Shown here: in pieces, positions 1-13,423 of the stretch
Position numbering within the stretch: position 1 is the first letter of the stretch
Layout of the letters: each line of letters begins with the position of its first letter
Origin: Raillietiella orientalis
Taxonomy: Eukaryota
Length of the DNA: 64,000 nucleotides
Direction of reading: 5' to 3'
NCBI GenBank assembly: GCA_036172245.1
Contig: JAYWIR010000005.1
Coordinates: forward strand, 5,518,001-5,582,000
Translations under genes and position numbers: made by a program
The notes under the pieces: model-generated
The model's input: the letters and a program-made list of their open reading frames with translations, nothing else
Database searches by the model: none
Told to the model about the DNA's origin: nothing

Positions 1-2556
1 GGAGCCGAAACTTCCCACGGGAGCAGCGAAGGTCAGCGGCATGGAAGCAAAGTTACGAGTGACATCAGGTGAACGAACTTTCCACGCCTTTTCGTCTAAG
101 GATGTGCCGAATCGTCGAAGTTTTGGAGTGCTCGCCATCAACTAGTGACTCCTTTATCTTAAGAGAACAGACTTCTTGCAAGTCATCACCTGCGGGATCA
201 CACGTTGCAAACCTGATAGACACACAAATGCTTTCTTAAGTCTTTTGTCTGTGGCTGCAGTTACCTCGGACCCCACATGCAACAACGTGCAACCGGAAAG
301 AGAAAAAAAAAAGCAGTGTCTGAAGATGACTGTGGAATTATTCAGGCTGCAGGCAGGAAATTCTAAAGAGACCACTCTGACTGAATCAAAAACGTGGCAC
401 AAGCACACTTACTGCTACTACCTGTCGCTATAGCAACGAAATCGGCAGGAGAACTGCGGGAAAGGACGCATTACTGGGCTACCTTGCTCCTCTTCGACCT
501 CTACCCCGGAAAAAATATTCTCCCTTCTTGGTCAATTAAAACCGTTCCAGCCAGTTATTTGATTTGGAGGAAACGGACCAGAAGAATGAAGTTCGAAGAA
601 CTCAAAAGCAAGTGGAGCCATCATTCCCTGGATGGGGGGAGGGAGGAAGGGATTTTCATGCTGCTGAATCCAAAGATGTGCTTTGATCTGATTCCCTCGT
701 GATATTGCCGGAACTGAACATGGCTCATCAAGAGCAGCGTTAACGGCGTTACAGAATAAGTTGAAGGGGGTGAGGGGTGTGCGGGAAATAAAGCACCATC
801 AATGCGCAGAAAGTTCTCGTTCGATCCTTTCAAGTTGCAGAGAGGCTTCTTTGATGAGCTCGGATGGATGCTGGGTGGAGGAGGCGTTGCCCCCCAGCAA
901 TGATAGTCGAGGAACTTGCAGCTGCTTCTACTGCAGCCGGTGATCGACCTCCGTTTAGTGCCTTCGCGCATCAGGGAGCAGAATCCGGATTACTCGAAAA
1001 TCCCGATGAATGTTCTCTTGAATTTATTTCTCAAGATGGTTTTCGATTCTCCTTCTTTTGAGTAAAAAAGAAAAATGAAACAAAACGATGCCCTCGGCAG
1101 ATTTCACGGACGGAGGCGCTGGTCCTTCGACAACTAGCATGCCACGGCATTGTCTGGCTGCTCGTGACCGAATGGTGCTGGATCCGCTGACTATTCCAGA
1201 AAGGGGCCTAATGTCCAGGATCCGCCTAAAAGACTTGGCGGCTCTGCGTCGGGATGCCGGCTTGGGCATCCTGACGTTGGAGAGGATCGAACTGCAAGTG
1301 CAGTTTCGAATGTTGGCCCCTTGCGCCAATCTTTGGTCCACTCCGTGGTGTGCTCCCGCGCGCCTGCTACTGCGGCTCTGCATCGGCAGCGAAGGACTTC
1401 TGTCGCTCCTGCCGCATACGGAGTGCGCCACGAGAAGCATCGGTTTTCCCTTGAAACCGCTCTACCGGCTCCTGGAACCCACACTTGGATCTCCTGCCGT
1501 CCAACGAACTTAACACCTGGCAGCGTTATCGTCCTGGGCAAGGTATCGGGAAGTGCCGATAATCGAACTTCGTTGCGTGCACCTTTTCCCTTATCCTCCT
1601 TTGGAAGATGTGATGCAAGACCAAGGCAAGTGGACCTGCCTGGCCGCCATGCCCCTTGCCGCAGCGCTGTCTGCCCTCAGGGCATCAGAAGACAGTTGTC
1701 TACCGGGAAGGTGGGAGGTCATCTACACTATCGCAGGAGCAACCTGACCCATGGGCGGCTGGAGGACTAGCGAGCTGGCAGAAGCCGCCACGCCTCGCAA
1801 CATCCCTAAGGGACTCCTTCGTGGAGCGAACTCTTGAGTGTGCCCCCTGAAGAACTTTGGTCCCTCCCTCGTGCGTGGACACTTCTGTGTTCCCCCTTTC
1901 GTGGAAACAGGATGCAATCTTGCTGGTGCATTGGGGCTTCCATTGCAACCAGCGCGCGAACATTGTTTCTGGGGGAGTTGCCTCCCCGAACAGTAAAAGG
2001 TGCGGAAAAGCAGGAACGCTCCCGCACCTGCTTTTGGACTGCGGTGTCCTCCAAGGACTGTGGCGGAGGCTGGCCTCAGCTCTCCTGCTCCAGGGGGACA
2101 CCGCAAGGGATTTGATGCGCCACTTCTTTACGCCAGGTGGCCTGTCGTTAGCTGCAGCTGTCGCAACAGTCTGTTGCATCCGCGCCATCGACAAGACCCA
2201 CCGATAGCTGGAATCTCAGGCGATTCGTCGAGAGGCCACCGGAATAGCCGACGAGAACATGACGTCGGCTGCCAGGTGGCCTCATCTTGCAGAAAATGTC
2301 AGGAAGGAGATCTCCGGCATCCAACACCGGTTTTGAAAGAAAGGAATGGCCGAAGCCGAAGACCCCTGTCCCTAACCCTCCCCATATCTTTATTTATATT
2401 TTTTTATATGTTTATTTGCGGTCCCCTCCCTGCCGTTCCGGACTTTCGGATTTACCGACCTGCGTGTCTAGGAGCCCTCCCTTCGTTTTTCTGTGCCCTT
2501 TGTCCAGGAACTTTGTTCCTGGATAGTTTAGTAATAAACTCCCCGGCGCACCCGCG
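1..2556 (+). mobile_element. Decayed L1/Tx1-clade non-LTR retrotransposon (ORF2 RT to zinc-finger end and 3' UTR), many frameshifts and stops
   Basis: Degenerate ORF2 motifs occur in the expected order: LLNPKMCFDLIP (~650-700, like LDxxKAFDxV), RCPPAMIVEELA and FSAF..SGLLENPDEC (~880-1015), RIRLKDLAALRRDAGLGIL (~1215-1275), LLVHWGF..SKRCGKAGTLPHLLLDC..LW (zf-RVT-like, ~1915-2065) and AARWPHL (~2265-2290). A T-rich UTR, a hairpin at 2503-2523 and AATAAA at 2533-2538 follow. Confidence 0.75.
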
Positions 2557-2599
2557 AGAGAAAGAGTCGACCGCAGGGTATAATCCTTGGTCGGTTCGC

Positions 2600-3566
2600 G
2601 ATCCCCACTTCTTGTAGCCTTCTCTATGCCCTTTGCTCGTCTTCACCTGGTCATATGATTGCTTCACAAGAGCTGCTTTGCCATTTGCGTCCGTGCCCTA
2701 AGAAATCCGCGCCCTCTTTCGTGAGGGATCTCGCGACGAATTGGAATTCTTAGACTGACTCGACAGTCGCAGAGTGGGCCCTCTGTGTGTGTCCTCCATG
2801 TTTCGGGCGACACTCTGATGGAAGGCGAGCTTGCACTACGGGTCATGACCGCCTACAAAGCAAGACCGTGCACTCGTAAAATGCGAAAAGAGTACTTTGC
2901 AAAAGACGAATTTCCTAAGATGGAAAGAATGCTTTGCAGGCTTCTCCATCCGAGCTCTTGGGCGCGGCGAGGCCATCCAAAAGGCAACCGAGTTGGAAGT
3001 GCCACCCGCTTAATGAAAGCATATGTTTCGACGGGAGGATTCCGCACACGTGGTTCGCCTACGGATTTGTTGGCGATGCCTCCACCAGAGTCCATTTGTT
3101 GCAACTTCCATTCCGAACTCACCGGGAAACCCCGAATGAGGTATCCTTTACTTCTTGAAGTAAGTTCCTTGGATCCTAGAGGTCCTTATACCTTCCTTGA
3201 ACTCAAAACGGATCTTGGTCCCCTCATGAATTCCTGAAAACTACCGCAAGGGGACCTGCTTGCATTGATGGATGAGTGCTCGCATGGTCCTGTTGCCTCT
3301 CCGTGAGCTGACAGATGCCATCCACGGTCCACGAGACTCCTGATGTGGCCAAATTTTTCAAGGTTGCTGCGACTCTGGAGGCGCCTTCGAAAGTGGACTG
3401 CTTTGGCTGCCTGAGCTTCTGTCCTGTTCTGTCCTATAGCTGGCTACCTGCTCCCGGGAAAGTCAAGAAAAACTGCTCATTTTTGCATTGCCCTCGTCTC
3501 ACTTCACTCGCTTACTGCGACACTACGTTCCCGAAGGCATCCTCATTTATGGAATCCACCACTCGA
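2600..3566 (-). mobile_element. Possible decayed gag-like ORF1 remnant of a LINE
   Basis: Minus-strand fragments KGYLIRGFPV, LPTRLPFGW..ELGW and CK..F.H..SARSCFVGGHD.*CK resemble a degenerate ORF1 with broken zinc knuckles. The frames are interrupted, so support is weak. Confidence 0.3.
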
Positions 3567-6500
3567 CTTTCAGCACACGAACTGAATACAAATTTCAGGA
3601 AAACAGTACCCTTCTCGGCTGGAGGGAAACGTCGCAGCATCCCGGTTCGCTTGGAACGACTCTGCAGGCAGCTGAAATCAAGGCAAATCACTCCGTTGCC
3701 CGGTTTCCCATCTTCGTTACATCATGAGCCGATCACGACTCCATTCAGTGAAAGTACTTTCACGGAAACGGGGGAACCCTACCTACTTTCCGTACAACCA
3801 CACCTCACCGTACTCCCTACGGTAAGCCTGTTATTGAGCCTCCAAGGCACACGAAACCCACAGGCTCCAGGGACATGGGCAGCAAACTTTTCCGAAAGGC
3901 CACACGCGCCTTGCCAAACGCAAATCGGTTCCAAACCCTCTTATCGAACGCTCTTCAGCCTTCGGCACGAAATCTTCAAGCCTCGCACATCAACTGCGCA
4001 ACGAACCTTCAGACGGCTTTTCAGTTTCGCCCTTTGACGAACTCTTTTCCGCAAGTGTCATTTCAGGAAACACGACGACCAACGAAGGCACCTCCCCCGC
4101 AACAAAGTGCACTGTCATTTCATCGGTGCATTCTTCCTTGACCACTGTTCCAGCTGACTCCCATGCAAAACACGACAAAGCGCGTTTTCCCTGCTTCGTC
4201 GTGCCTCGTCGCAAACCAAGCAGGCACTTTCCCACAAAAGGACACCGTTCTTTTGCAGTTCGTAGGTCCTTCCTGTACAAATCCGCCGCCCTTCGCTCCT
4301 ACCTTCCTAGCCGCAGTCGATGGAGGCAACACTTTACGATTTGTGGATACGATCGAACCACCCGAAGCAGCAGCGAATACGTTCCGGAAAATAAAAAACG
4401 AACGGCCTTCCACGGCACCATTCTCATGCTTTCCTCTCTCAGAAGCCTGTTCGCGTCCATGGGGAACACTCTCACGCTGCACGGATCCTTTTGCTGGATC
4501 GTCCCCAATCCGCCTCCGTTTGCTAAGAACCGTCCGTACTTGAATCGCGACAGTCCACAAATCCTTCCCGCCCCCGCCATTCGCACCCTCTTGACCCTAT
4601 CATGTCCAATCACCACCGCCAACCCTCGCGCAAACTTGGCACTTTGCTTTCACCACAACCCCAACGGAGGCGGACGCACCCCTTTGCTCAAGACTTCCAC
4701 GTCTTCGTCAGCCGTGTCGTCCAAATTTCTTCCTCGCACTCATCCATCCCCCATTTTCGGACGTCATTTCTTCCGCAAACAAACCACACGAATCGTCTCC
4801 ACGCACACGTCCACGTACTCATTCATGCGCAAGTCATTTGGGGCGGCTGCTATTCCACCCATTCGATCTACTAGCCAACCGCTCTCCTTCGACATGGCCT
4901 TGCGTTCGGTTCTCCCCTTCCTCTCCAGCCCGTCGAATTCTCCATTTCCACATCCAATGCCATGCCGCACTCGTTCCACCTGCTTCTCCGGATATTTTCC
5001 CAAACCGTTTCACCATACAAATTCAAGATCAACCGGTCCGGATCGAGTCCCGAGAAACACGCAACACGCAGCCACGACCTTGTGTTGCGGAAAACCACAC
5101 CGGCGGGAAACGTTCCCATCGCCCGGCTTTCCACGCGAGAACACAAATTCCGACGATTCTCTGCCACAGGCATCAGCACAAGACGAGGGGAGCTCGCATC
5201 TGGGCATCACTAGCCGGATGGGGCAGTCCCGAAACGCACCGGAACTGCTTCCGCCGATGGAATCCAACTGCTCGATCCGAAACCATGGCCACGACACATG
5301 GGATGACGGCCGGCAGCTTCTGCAGCCACGAAACTCGGAAATGCGGCGCAAATGCTTCCGCACCCTGGAATCAGGTAAACCTCCAAGCAAACAAAAACAA
5401 AAACAAATTACAAATTACAAATTACAAAAACAAAAAAAAACCAAATGCACTTTCCAGAGAAAACAATCCACCTAAATCCTAATTTTACATGCACCACTTC
5501 CACATTTGTCCAAACTCTTCTCCGCCCGAGCAGCAATGCAGCTCATGCAGGCCACGTTCCCAGTGCAGCGTCCTCCTCGCTCCCCGTTCCCAATCTCAAC
5601 TGCAAGACGCGCGTCCCTTCTTTTCGATCCTCCTGCAAGCAAAGTCTGCTCCTGCCGTGCAGTACTCGAAAATTGCCACGAAACTGGGCGACTTCGTTCC
5701 CAAATCCACGACGCCTTTTCCTCAGCGACCCAATTCGTTCGTGCACGTGCATGCCATTCCCTTTCCATCCCGTCCTCTGCCTGTCTTCCGCATCCAACGA
5801 CCTCAGTAGGCAAACGGTCACCACAGCCTTTCCGCCTCCTTCCAGCACGCTTCCCCGGTCCGCCTTCTGGAAGACACGAGCCTGGCATGGCGTCACGAAC
5901 GAACGCGTACAGCGTGCGTACTCTCATACACACGCGCGCGTTTACGCTTGCACGCGTCCGGAGGAACGACGTACTTGCAGGGATCACGGAGATACGCACC
6001 CACGAAAGAAACCACTTCCCGCAAGACGCGCATCCAAACCAGGGCGAGACGACATTCGCTTCGATCCGCATCCGGTTCGTGGAAACACAGCGCTTCCTCC
6101 CCACTGGCGAACGCGTGAGAACCTATCCCCAACATGGCCTGAGGGGCTCTCGAACATCCGTCCTATTTCTCGGTTCCGAGCGCGAAATGCGGTCGAAGCG
6201 CGCAAGCGGAAGAAACACATCTTTGTCAGTGTCAGCACAGCCCCCAAGTCTTCAAGCAATCCAATTCTTTCCAACCAGCGAAAACTTCCTCCGCCTTTCC
6301 AACGGTTGAATGGTGCACACATACACGCGGCCATTCGAAAGTTGGTCCCCTATTCGCCAACCCCCTTCCTTTCCTTCCTTCGTCAAGCCATGCATACCCG
6401 GCCAACTCCCATCCGAGGTACAGCGCCAACGCAAGGCATCGTCTCCGATTCCCGTGCCCACGACGGGAGCGGCGAAGCGAACCGACCCGCAAGCGCCGCT

Positions 6501-9500
6501 CCAACTTCCCAAACCACAAACTTCCGATCTCGGCTTGTCGATTCCCTCAGTGCGAGCGTGGCTCGACCGACAGAACACGCCGAACTCTCCAGCTGCCGCA
6601 ACGGGTTCACGCGCACTCCCGCACTACCATTCCCGCGACTTTTCCCAACCACCTCGACCAGCACCTCGATGCTTGCGTCTGCTTTCGCTCACAGAGCTCG
6701 CAGCGAGGCTGCTTGCACAAAACACACGACTCCCCCGTCCTACTGCACGGGCGCCAGCCGTCCGGTGACCACCTCGACTGCCTGCCAGCCACTGCGCGTC
6801 CTGTGTCCCTAGCCGATGCTGAACGAATCCCATCAGTTCCCTGCAGTCTTTCTGAAAACGACGATCCTTGCAATCACCGCTCTCGACCGATGTCCTAGGG
6901 AGCGGGAAAAAGCTGCGGAAACTCGAAATCTCGATCCGTTCTCCGAAAGCAAGGAGGATGGATGGCTTTCGCGTCCATCCCCAAAAGGGATGATCCTTGG
7001 GAAGGCTTCAGGGCACTCGAAGAACATTCCGCGCGTCAAACACCCCCTTTCACCGATTTTCGCCGCCACTCGTGCATCCTTTCGGCCTCCTTCTCGAATT
7101 CGTGCAAAGCACCTTGATCGACCTCAGCTCCCGCCCCTTTTCTCGTCTTATCGCAAGGTGCGCTCCGACCCTGATCTTTGGCCACGCTTCGCTTTGGGTT
7201 GCGTTCTACCAAGCCGCCCCTGCGAACAGATGCTCGCTTAGTCATTCCCGTTCCAACTCGAAGCCAATCCTCCGTGATCTTCGCTTTCCCCATTTGCTTT
7301 TCTTGCAAAATCTCCCTTTCCGATTCCATCGCCATCCGCCGACCAACCACCCCGTCCAGGAGGCACTTTCGCAGCCCTCTTCGACACCGACGTTGCAACC
7401 CTTGGATGCCCCTTTCCGCCTTTCTTGTGACCGTCTGGCAGCAACCGCACATCCGCTGGTGGCACAACTCGGATTCCGGTGGCTGCGCACAACAGGCAAA
7501 GCCTCCCTCCAGCCTCAAACAGACAGTCTCGCGGCCAACTTCTTGCTTTCCCCATACCGTTTCCAAGAGGACGTGAGCACCCAAAGGAAATCGCGATGAT
7601 CAATCGCCAGCTTCCCCGAGAGGAAGCGGGAATTCCGCACGGTTCGCGAACTTTGCACCCTTCTTCATTTGGCATTTCTCCCATCCTCCGGAATCTCCCT
7701 CTCTCCTCCTCCTCAACTTGCACCATGCCCAACCACAGCTTAGCATCGCGTCCATCTTGACGGTTGCGCGGCGCACTCGGAAATCCTCCCACCGCAACCT
7801 CGAAACAAACGCTCTTACGTTGCCCGTTCATCTTCACTCTCGTTGCGAACGCCGGCGGATTCCTCGCTGGCACCCTGCGAGCGCTTCCCCTTATCCACCA
7901 ATTCCATCCTCCTCTCCTTCCTCTCCGGTGAGAGTCGAGGAAAAGAAGCCCGCCTCTGCGAAGACGTCGGTGCGAGCAGCTGCACGGTGGCAAAAGACGA
8001 CCGAATCGATTTCCGCAAAAGAAAACCGTCGCAACCAGCTACCTCCGATTCGAACATCCACGGCCAGAAACTCTTCTTCGTCGGCGTTCGGGTGCGCCCA
8101 GCGCTCCCAGGAGCAGGCAGCCGCTTGCTCTTTCTCCGATCAGATAACCGGCCGCGAGGTGATGCTTTTCCGATGGCGAAATGCCTGCAGCGAGATCGTG
8201 TGAGGTGTCCGACGCCGTGGGCTCTGCATCCAACCGACGACCACCACCGTTCCTTTTTCTGCAAACGAGGCCCTCATCGCAGAATCGGATTCGCAGCGGC
8301 TTCGGTGTTGAGTGCCGAAGGGAAAATGGGAGACGTGCCTATCTGTCCGCACATCAAAACGAGAGCAGCATCCTTTCCTATTGCTCCTTATCTGCATCCA
8401 TGCGGGAAGCGAAACGCTTTGGATTCGCGGCATCGTTGCTATTCATTCCATGGCGGTCGGCATCCTGTATGCGTGCAGACGATCCAGATGCAATCGTTCT
8501 CGCGAAACTAGTGAGAGTAGCATGGAAGCGCAAACACGCAACACGGCAGCGGGTGCGCAACCGTACGCACGCACGGAAAATCCAGCGAAACCGCCTTTCC
8601 CCCTCCTCCCCCCCCCGCAGAGCCCTACGCGCCCGATTCACGTGACTTCCCAGTCATCGCATTCTTCCATGATGCAAGAAGGCAATCATTTTCGTCACGA
8701 ACGATGCGCACGCGCGCTGCTCGCGGGCGGGCACGCATACGGGAACGCTGCGCATCGCAACGCTGCTCTTTTGCGCAATCCTGCCCGACTTGCGTCTTCG
8801 CCTCAAGCTCCACCCGGTGCTCGCAAACGACAAACTTTGGCCGGCCGAGCCTCCTCCATCTTCATCGGGAGCACGCGATCAAGGATGGCGCCGCCCAAGG
8901 TTGACGCATCCTCGTTTTCCGGGAACTACGCGCGACAAGCACCGGCGAGCTACCGCAGCAGGCTCGTTGCAACCGCATGGGCTGCATTCCCTCTTCGCGC
9001 CCGACGTCTTTCGTTCGGTTCGTGCACCGCCTTTCCACGCAGCGCGTTCCCCACTTCCCGCGCACCAGAATGCGCCCGCAGCGGCAAGCCGTGCGCGGTA
9101 CGGCAAGCGGGAAACCTCCGCGCTGCGGCTCAGACGGAAGGCCGATATTTTGCGGGCGGGCGGACGGACGGACGGACGGACGGTCCGATCGAAATGTCGA
9201 CTCGGACCGTCAGCTACGAAGCGAATCGCCGCTGCGCTTTCCTTTTCGACCACCCCGCCAAGAAGGAAAGGTTGCAGGAAAGCAAGGCGTCGACCCTCGA
9301 CCTGACTGACACCCGTCGGGGCGGTGGACCGGAAACAAAGAAGGGGCACCGACGGCCCGGACGGTGTTTGCGGAAGGACGCGGAAACCAGCGTTCCCGCT
9401 GCTTCCTGCAACCGTTCGCCTGTCACGCCGCTCTGGAGCTGCAGGTCACTTGGCTTAGCCTGCGGCCGCATTCCGTCCGTTCACTGGCCAACGTCAAGAC

Positions 9501-11738
9501 GCATTCCATCCACTTTCCGCAGCTTCCTCGGTCGTTCGCAACTCGGAAAACGCCCTCCTCCGCAGAATTCCTCAACCCCGACCGAGCGTGCGCATCCACG
9601 TTCTCTTCGGGAAGCTGCAGCCGAAGCTGCACCTCTTGCAACGCGCCCCTCTTCCGATCCTCCGCTCCTCGCTATCCAGACAGCCAGACAGCTTGCACTG
9701 CCCAAAGTGACCAGCCAGCAACTTCCCTTCCAGGCACACCGCGGGGAGCGCAGCACTTTCCGCTGACCTTCCGGTGCATTTCGCTGCCGAAAGTGCCAAC
9801 CCCTTTTCCAAGTAGGGAACGATCGTGTGCCACGCCGCCCCCTCCCATCCGCTTCCCTTTCGCTCATTCTCTCAGTTGAGAGCCGCGAGCACGCGGACCC
9901 CATTTTTCCGACACCCCTTCGTCTACCGCGAGAACCTTCTTCTCCTTTACCGGGAAGAGCAGCACTTTGGCGAAGCGTCCCTGTCGGTCACGCTCAGGCA
10001 CGTAAGCGTTCGTCCCACTTCCCGCGAAGCGCGCGGGGAACGGGGACACCGAAACCTTTACCGAAACGACCCCAAGGCACCGCAACCCACGGCGCTCTTC
10101 CCGAAAACTGGCAGAGCACGAATTTCGCCCTCCGCAGCCGAGCGACGCAATGTCTGCCGCAAAAGAGAAAGCCGTTCGCACGCGGAAGTGCCCCCGATGG
10201 CTTCGTCGGCGGGAACGAGTGCACATCGGGCGGGAGCCAAGAATTTTTCTCCTTCTCTCCTTCGAACGGCGAAACACGGCCGCCGGGGGCTTCGATTCCT
10301 CCTCCTCCTCCTCCTCCTCCTCCTCCTCTCATCTTCCTACGCCCATCGGTCATCACGAGCATGTGGAAACGAAAGGACGTGGCAAGGAAGCATCACGCGC
10401 CCACCAAACCCTTCCGCGAGTCCTCGGTTCACGTTTCTTCAGCAAAAGGAGCGCGCGGCGGCGCACCGCCACGGCGCAATCGGCCAAACCGACACGCCAC
10501 ACACCACGTCGACCGAACGGAGATCTTCCTGCCTTCGTGCCAGCAGCAGCAGCCACTCGCCTTCCGCCTGGCTTCCGCCTGTGGATCCCACACCATTCCA
10601 GGACTCGCAAGCAGCGAACGTACTTCCGACGGCAAGACGAGCAGCTGCTCGGTCGCTCGACAACGCACCAAGCGCTTGCGTCGTGCGCAACGAGCGGCAG
10701 CACCACCATGGCTCTGCGAGTCTCTCCAGCCCTCCCGGCGTCCGAGTGACCGCACCCCATCACGGCAGTTCCCCCCGTGCGCGCTTCCAACATGCGATTC
10801 GGCCGCAACCAGCAAAGAGCAGGAGACGAGCGTTTGGGGTCTTCCTGCAGAAGCAGCAGCACGGCACGCAGGCTTCCTCGAACGGCAGCCCTGCGACCCC
10901 GGTATCGACCCGTGGTCCTGTTTGCGAAACGAGTCCCTGCAACCGACAGCTGTTCCCTCCCCCCCCCCCCTCCCCCCAAACACACACACCTGTCCCTTAC
11001 CGGCACTCGCGTTCCGATGCGAAACCAGTCCTCCACCTGGAAGTTTCCGCTTCCTCGAGACTCTTCCCACCTTCTCCCGCCCCTGTCGCGAGCGTCATCC
11101 TCACGAGTGGATGATTCCCGGCGCGCGTCGCACACCGCCGGGTGCGAAGATGCACCCGCGTGGCAGCTGCGACAGCGTGGCGGCGCCGCCGTCGGGGTCC
11201 GCGTTCGCCCTTTCGCACCACGTCGCGCCTTCCGCCCCGAGCGCAGCCGTCCCCTTCAACGCGCCTTCGGTGTTTCCCCAGCGCGTGCTCTTCGCCCGTT
11301 GCGAGGTACGTCCGGCATACCTCTCAAAGAAGCGCGCACGGCCACCTCGAAACTCGGCTTCACCGCGCGCTTTCTCGCTGCGCCTTCCAGCGGGCCCTCT
11401 GCAAACCGTGGACTCGACTGCTGCGATGTTCGCACCCGGGGAAGCTGCCGGCCATCGGGCAGGCGCAGGCAAACGGGATCGCCTACAAGTTGGCCTCCGA
11501 CGCAGTCCCGAAGGGTCGGAAGACAAAGTTTGGCACGGCATCCCATCCGTCCTTTCGGGAGAGGACCGAATGCCTGAAAGTCATCTCTGCATCGCCCTCC
11601 TTCCCACACGCGCACGGTCACGCGTTCCGCATCCCGTGCGCGCGGGAAGTTACCACCCGGTCTCACCGGCACGTATAGCGAACTTTCGGCTCTGGTTGTG
11701 TGGGGTAGGAGGGCGCAGCTCCACCCACCCACCCGCAT

Positions 11739-11754
11739 ACACACACACACACAC
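11739..11754. repeat. (AC)8 microsatellite; the mirrored copy at 28933-28988 is (GT)28
   Basis: Read directly. This is the largest length difference between the two arms. Confidence 0.95.
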
Positions 11755-13346
11755 ATACAGACAAGAGCGATTCTGCAGTGGACCTGCTGGGCCCCGGGTA
11801 CGCAGACCGGGTACGTTCACCTCGGATGCAGAAGAGAAGGGGGACAAACGCAAAGGAAAATAAACAAAAAGAAATGGGAAGTACGTGGGGAGAACGGGAG
11901 AGGAATCTGCTTCCTTAACTACACGCCGGCTACGTCCGTCCGAATAGATGCCAGGCGATGCCATCTGTCCGCTACCCGCAGATTGCGAACTGCGAACCGG
12001 ACGGCGTCCCTCTCGTTCCTTCCTCTACAGACTTCGCTCCAGGCCGCCGCAATCTCGCCGATGCCGCGGAGCACTGCTGGAGGACGCCCCGCACAAAGAG
12101 CAGCCGTGAAGCGTCCCTCCTCGAAGGAGACGCAGGGTCGTTCGCAAACGTCCTCGCAGCGGCCGGAGAGCAACACAGTCCGCTAGCAGGTGCCGGAGGG
12201 ATTCTTGCGACAGTGCCGGATGCCGGATCGCCGCCCCTTGGCGTCCAGCGGTGGCAGGGAACATTCCAGTGCAACGGCGACGCAAGTGCCGACTGCTGCC
12301 GCTGCACAGGGAGGGGAAGCTCCTGTTCTTGAGCACCGGCAGCAACTCCAGGTCTTCGCCATGAATACCGAGCGGCTCGCCCCAGAGCTATAGTCCTCGC
12401 GGAAGGACACTTGGGGTGGCAGCACACGCCACTTGAACCCACGTTCCGACCACGCATCGTTTTCTGCTGCCTGCAATCTCGCAGGAGACAGCAGATGACG
12501 GAAGATGCGCGCACGGAGCAGGCGCGCTCGCAGACCTGGGACGCACGCACGCGCACAGCGGGGGTGCGCGGGTAGACGAGAAAGACGCCTGGCCAGCACG
12601 CAGGAGGAGCTGAGGTAGGATTCCGCTCCGGCGGGTGCCCCGTACGCCGTGCCCCTTGCGGGGAAGGGCGTCTTCGACCGTTTGAGCAAAGGACCGTTTT
12701 TGTTTGCGATCGGAGGCCAGCACGGACGAGGTTCACAGGTGGCCGCGCCACGGTTCACGGCGCGCTTTACGCGTCTTCTGTGGGTCGAGGGAGGAGGCGA
12801 CTGCTGGGAGGGACCGCAGCAACGCAAGGGAGGGAGCGAGGGGAGGGAGCTCGAGAGGCGGTCTTGATCGGATCGATCGACACCAGCGTCCCGCTGCCGC
12901 CGGCACGGGCGAAGCAGGCCACCCTAGGGTACAGGAAACGAAAAAGCCTCTTCCCGTGACCGCGGCCCGACGCTGCCCGTGGCCTACGCGCGCGACAGGC
13001 GAGCGTTTTCTTCGGCCGTAACCTAGACCGCTGCAGTCGACAAACCGTGCCACCACACGTCCTCACCCCGTGATTTGCACAGCCCCGACGGGTCCCCCGA
13101 GCAGTCCGGAATATAGGGAGGGCGAGGCACGGCTCCATCCGATCTCGGGGCAGAGGAAAACCAACAAACAGCGAAAGGGGCAACCGCGCGCACGGGCAGC
13201 GTGTCCGGGATCATTCCGCGGGGGAAGTGCGTCTCCGCGCCTGGAACGCCAAGCGGCACCGTGGCGCCCTTTCCGTCTTCAGGTCGCTGCCTGCGCACAG
13301 ACACGTTTCCCGTACCGGATCGCAAGCACGAGTCTTCCGCGCTCCC

Positions 13347-13423
13347 GAAAACGGGGAGCGAGCGCTCGCTTGCGCTCGCTCCCCGTTTTCCGTGACCGCA
13401 AAGACACCTGTCTTTGCGGTCAC
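13347..13423. repeat. Two adjacent perfect hairpins (19-bp stem with 6-nt loop; 15-bp stem with 2-nt spacer); mirrored at 27262-27338
   Basis: GAAAACGGGGAGCGAGCGC-tcgctt-GCGCTCGCTCCCCGTTTTC (13347-13390), then GTGACCGCAAAGACA-cc-TGTCTTTGCGGTCAC (13392-13423). Confidence 0.95.
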
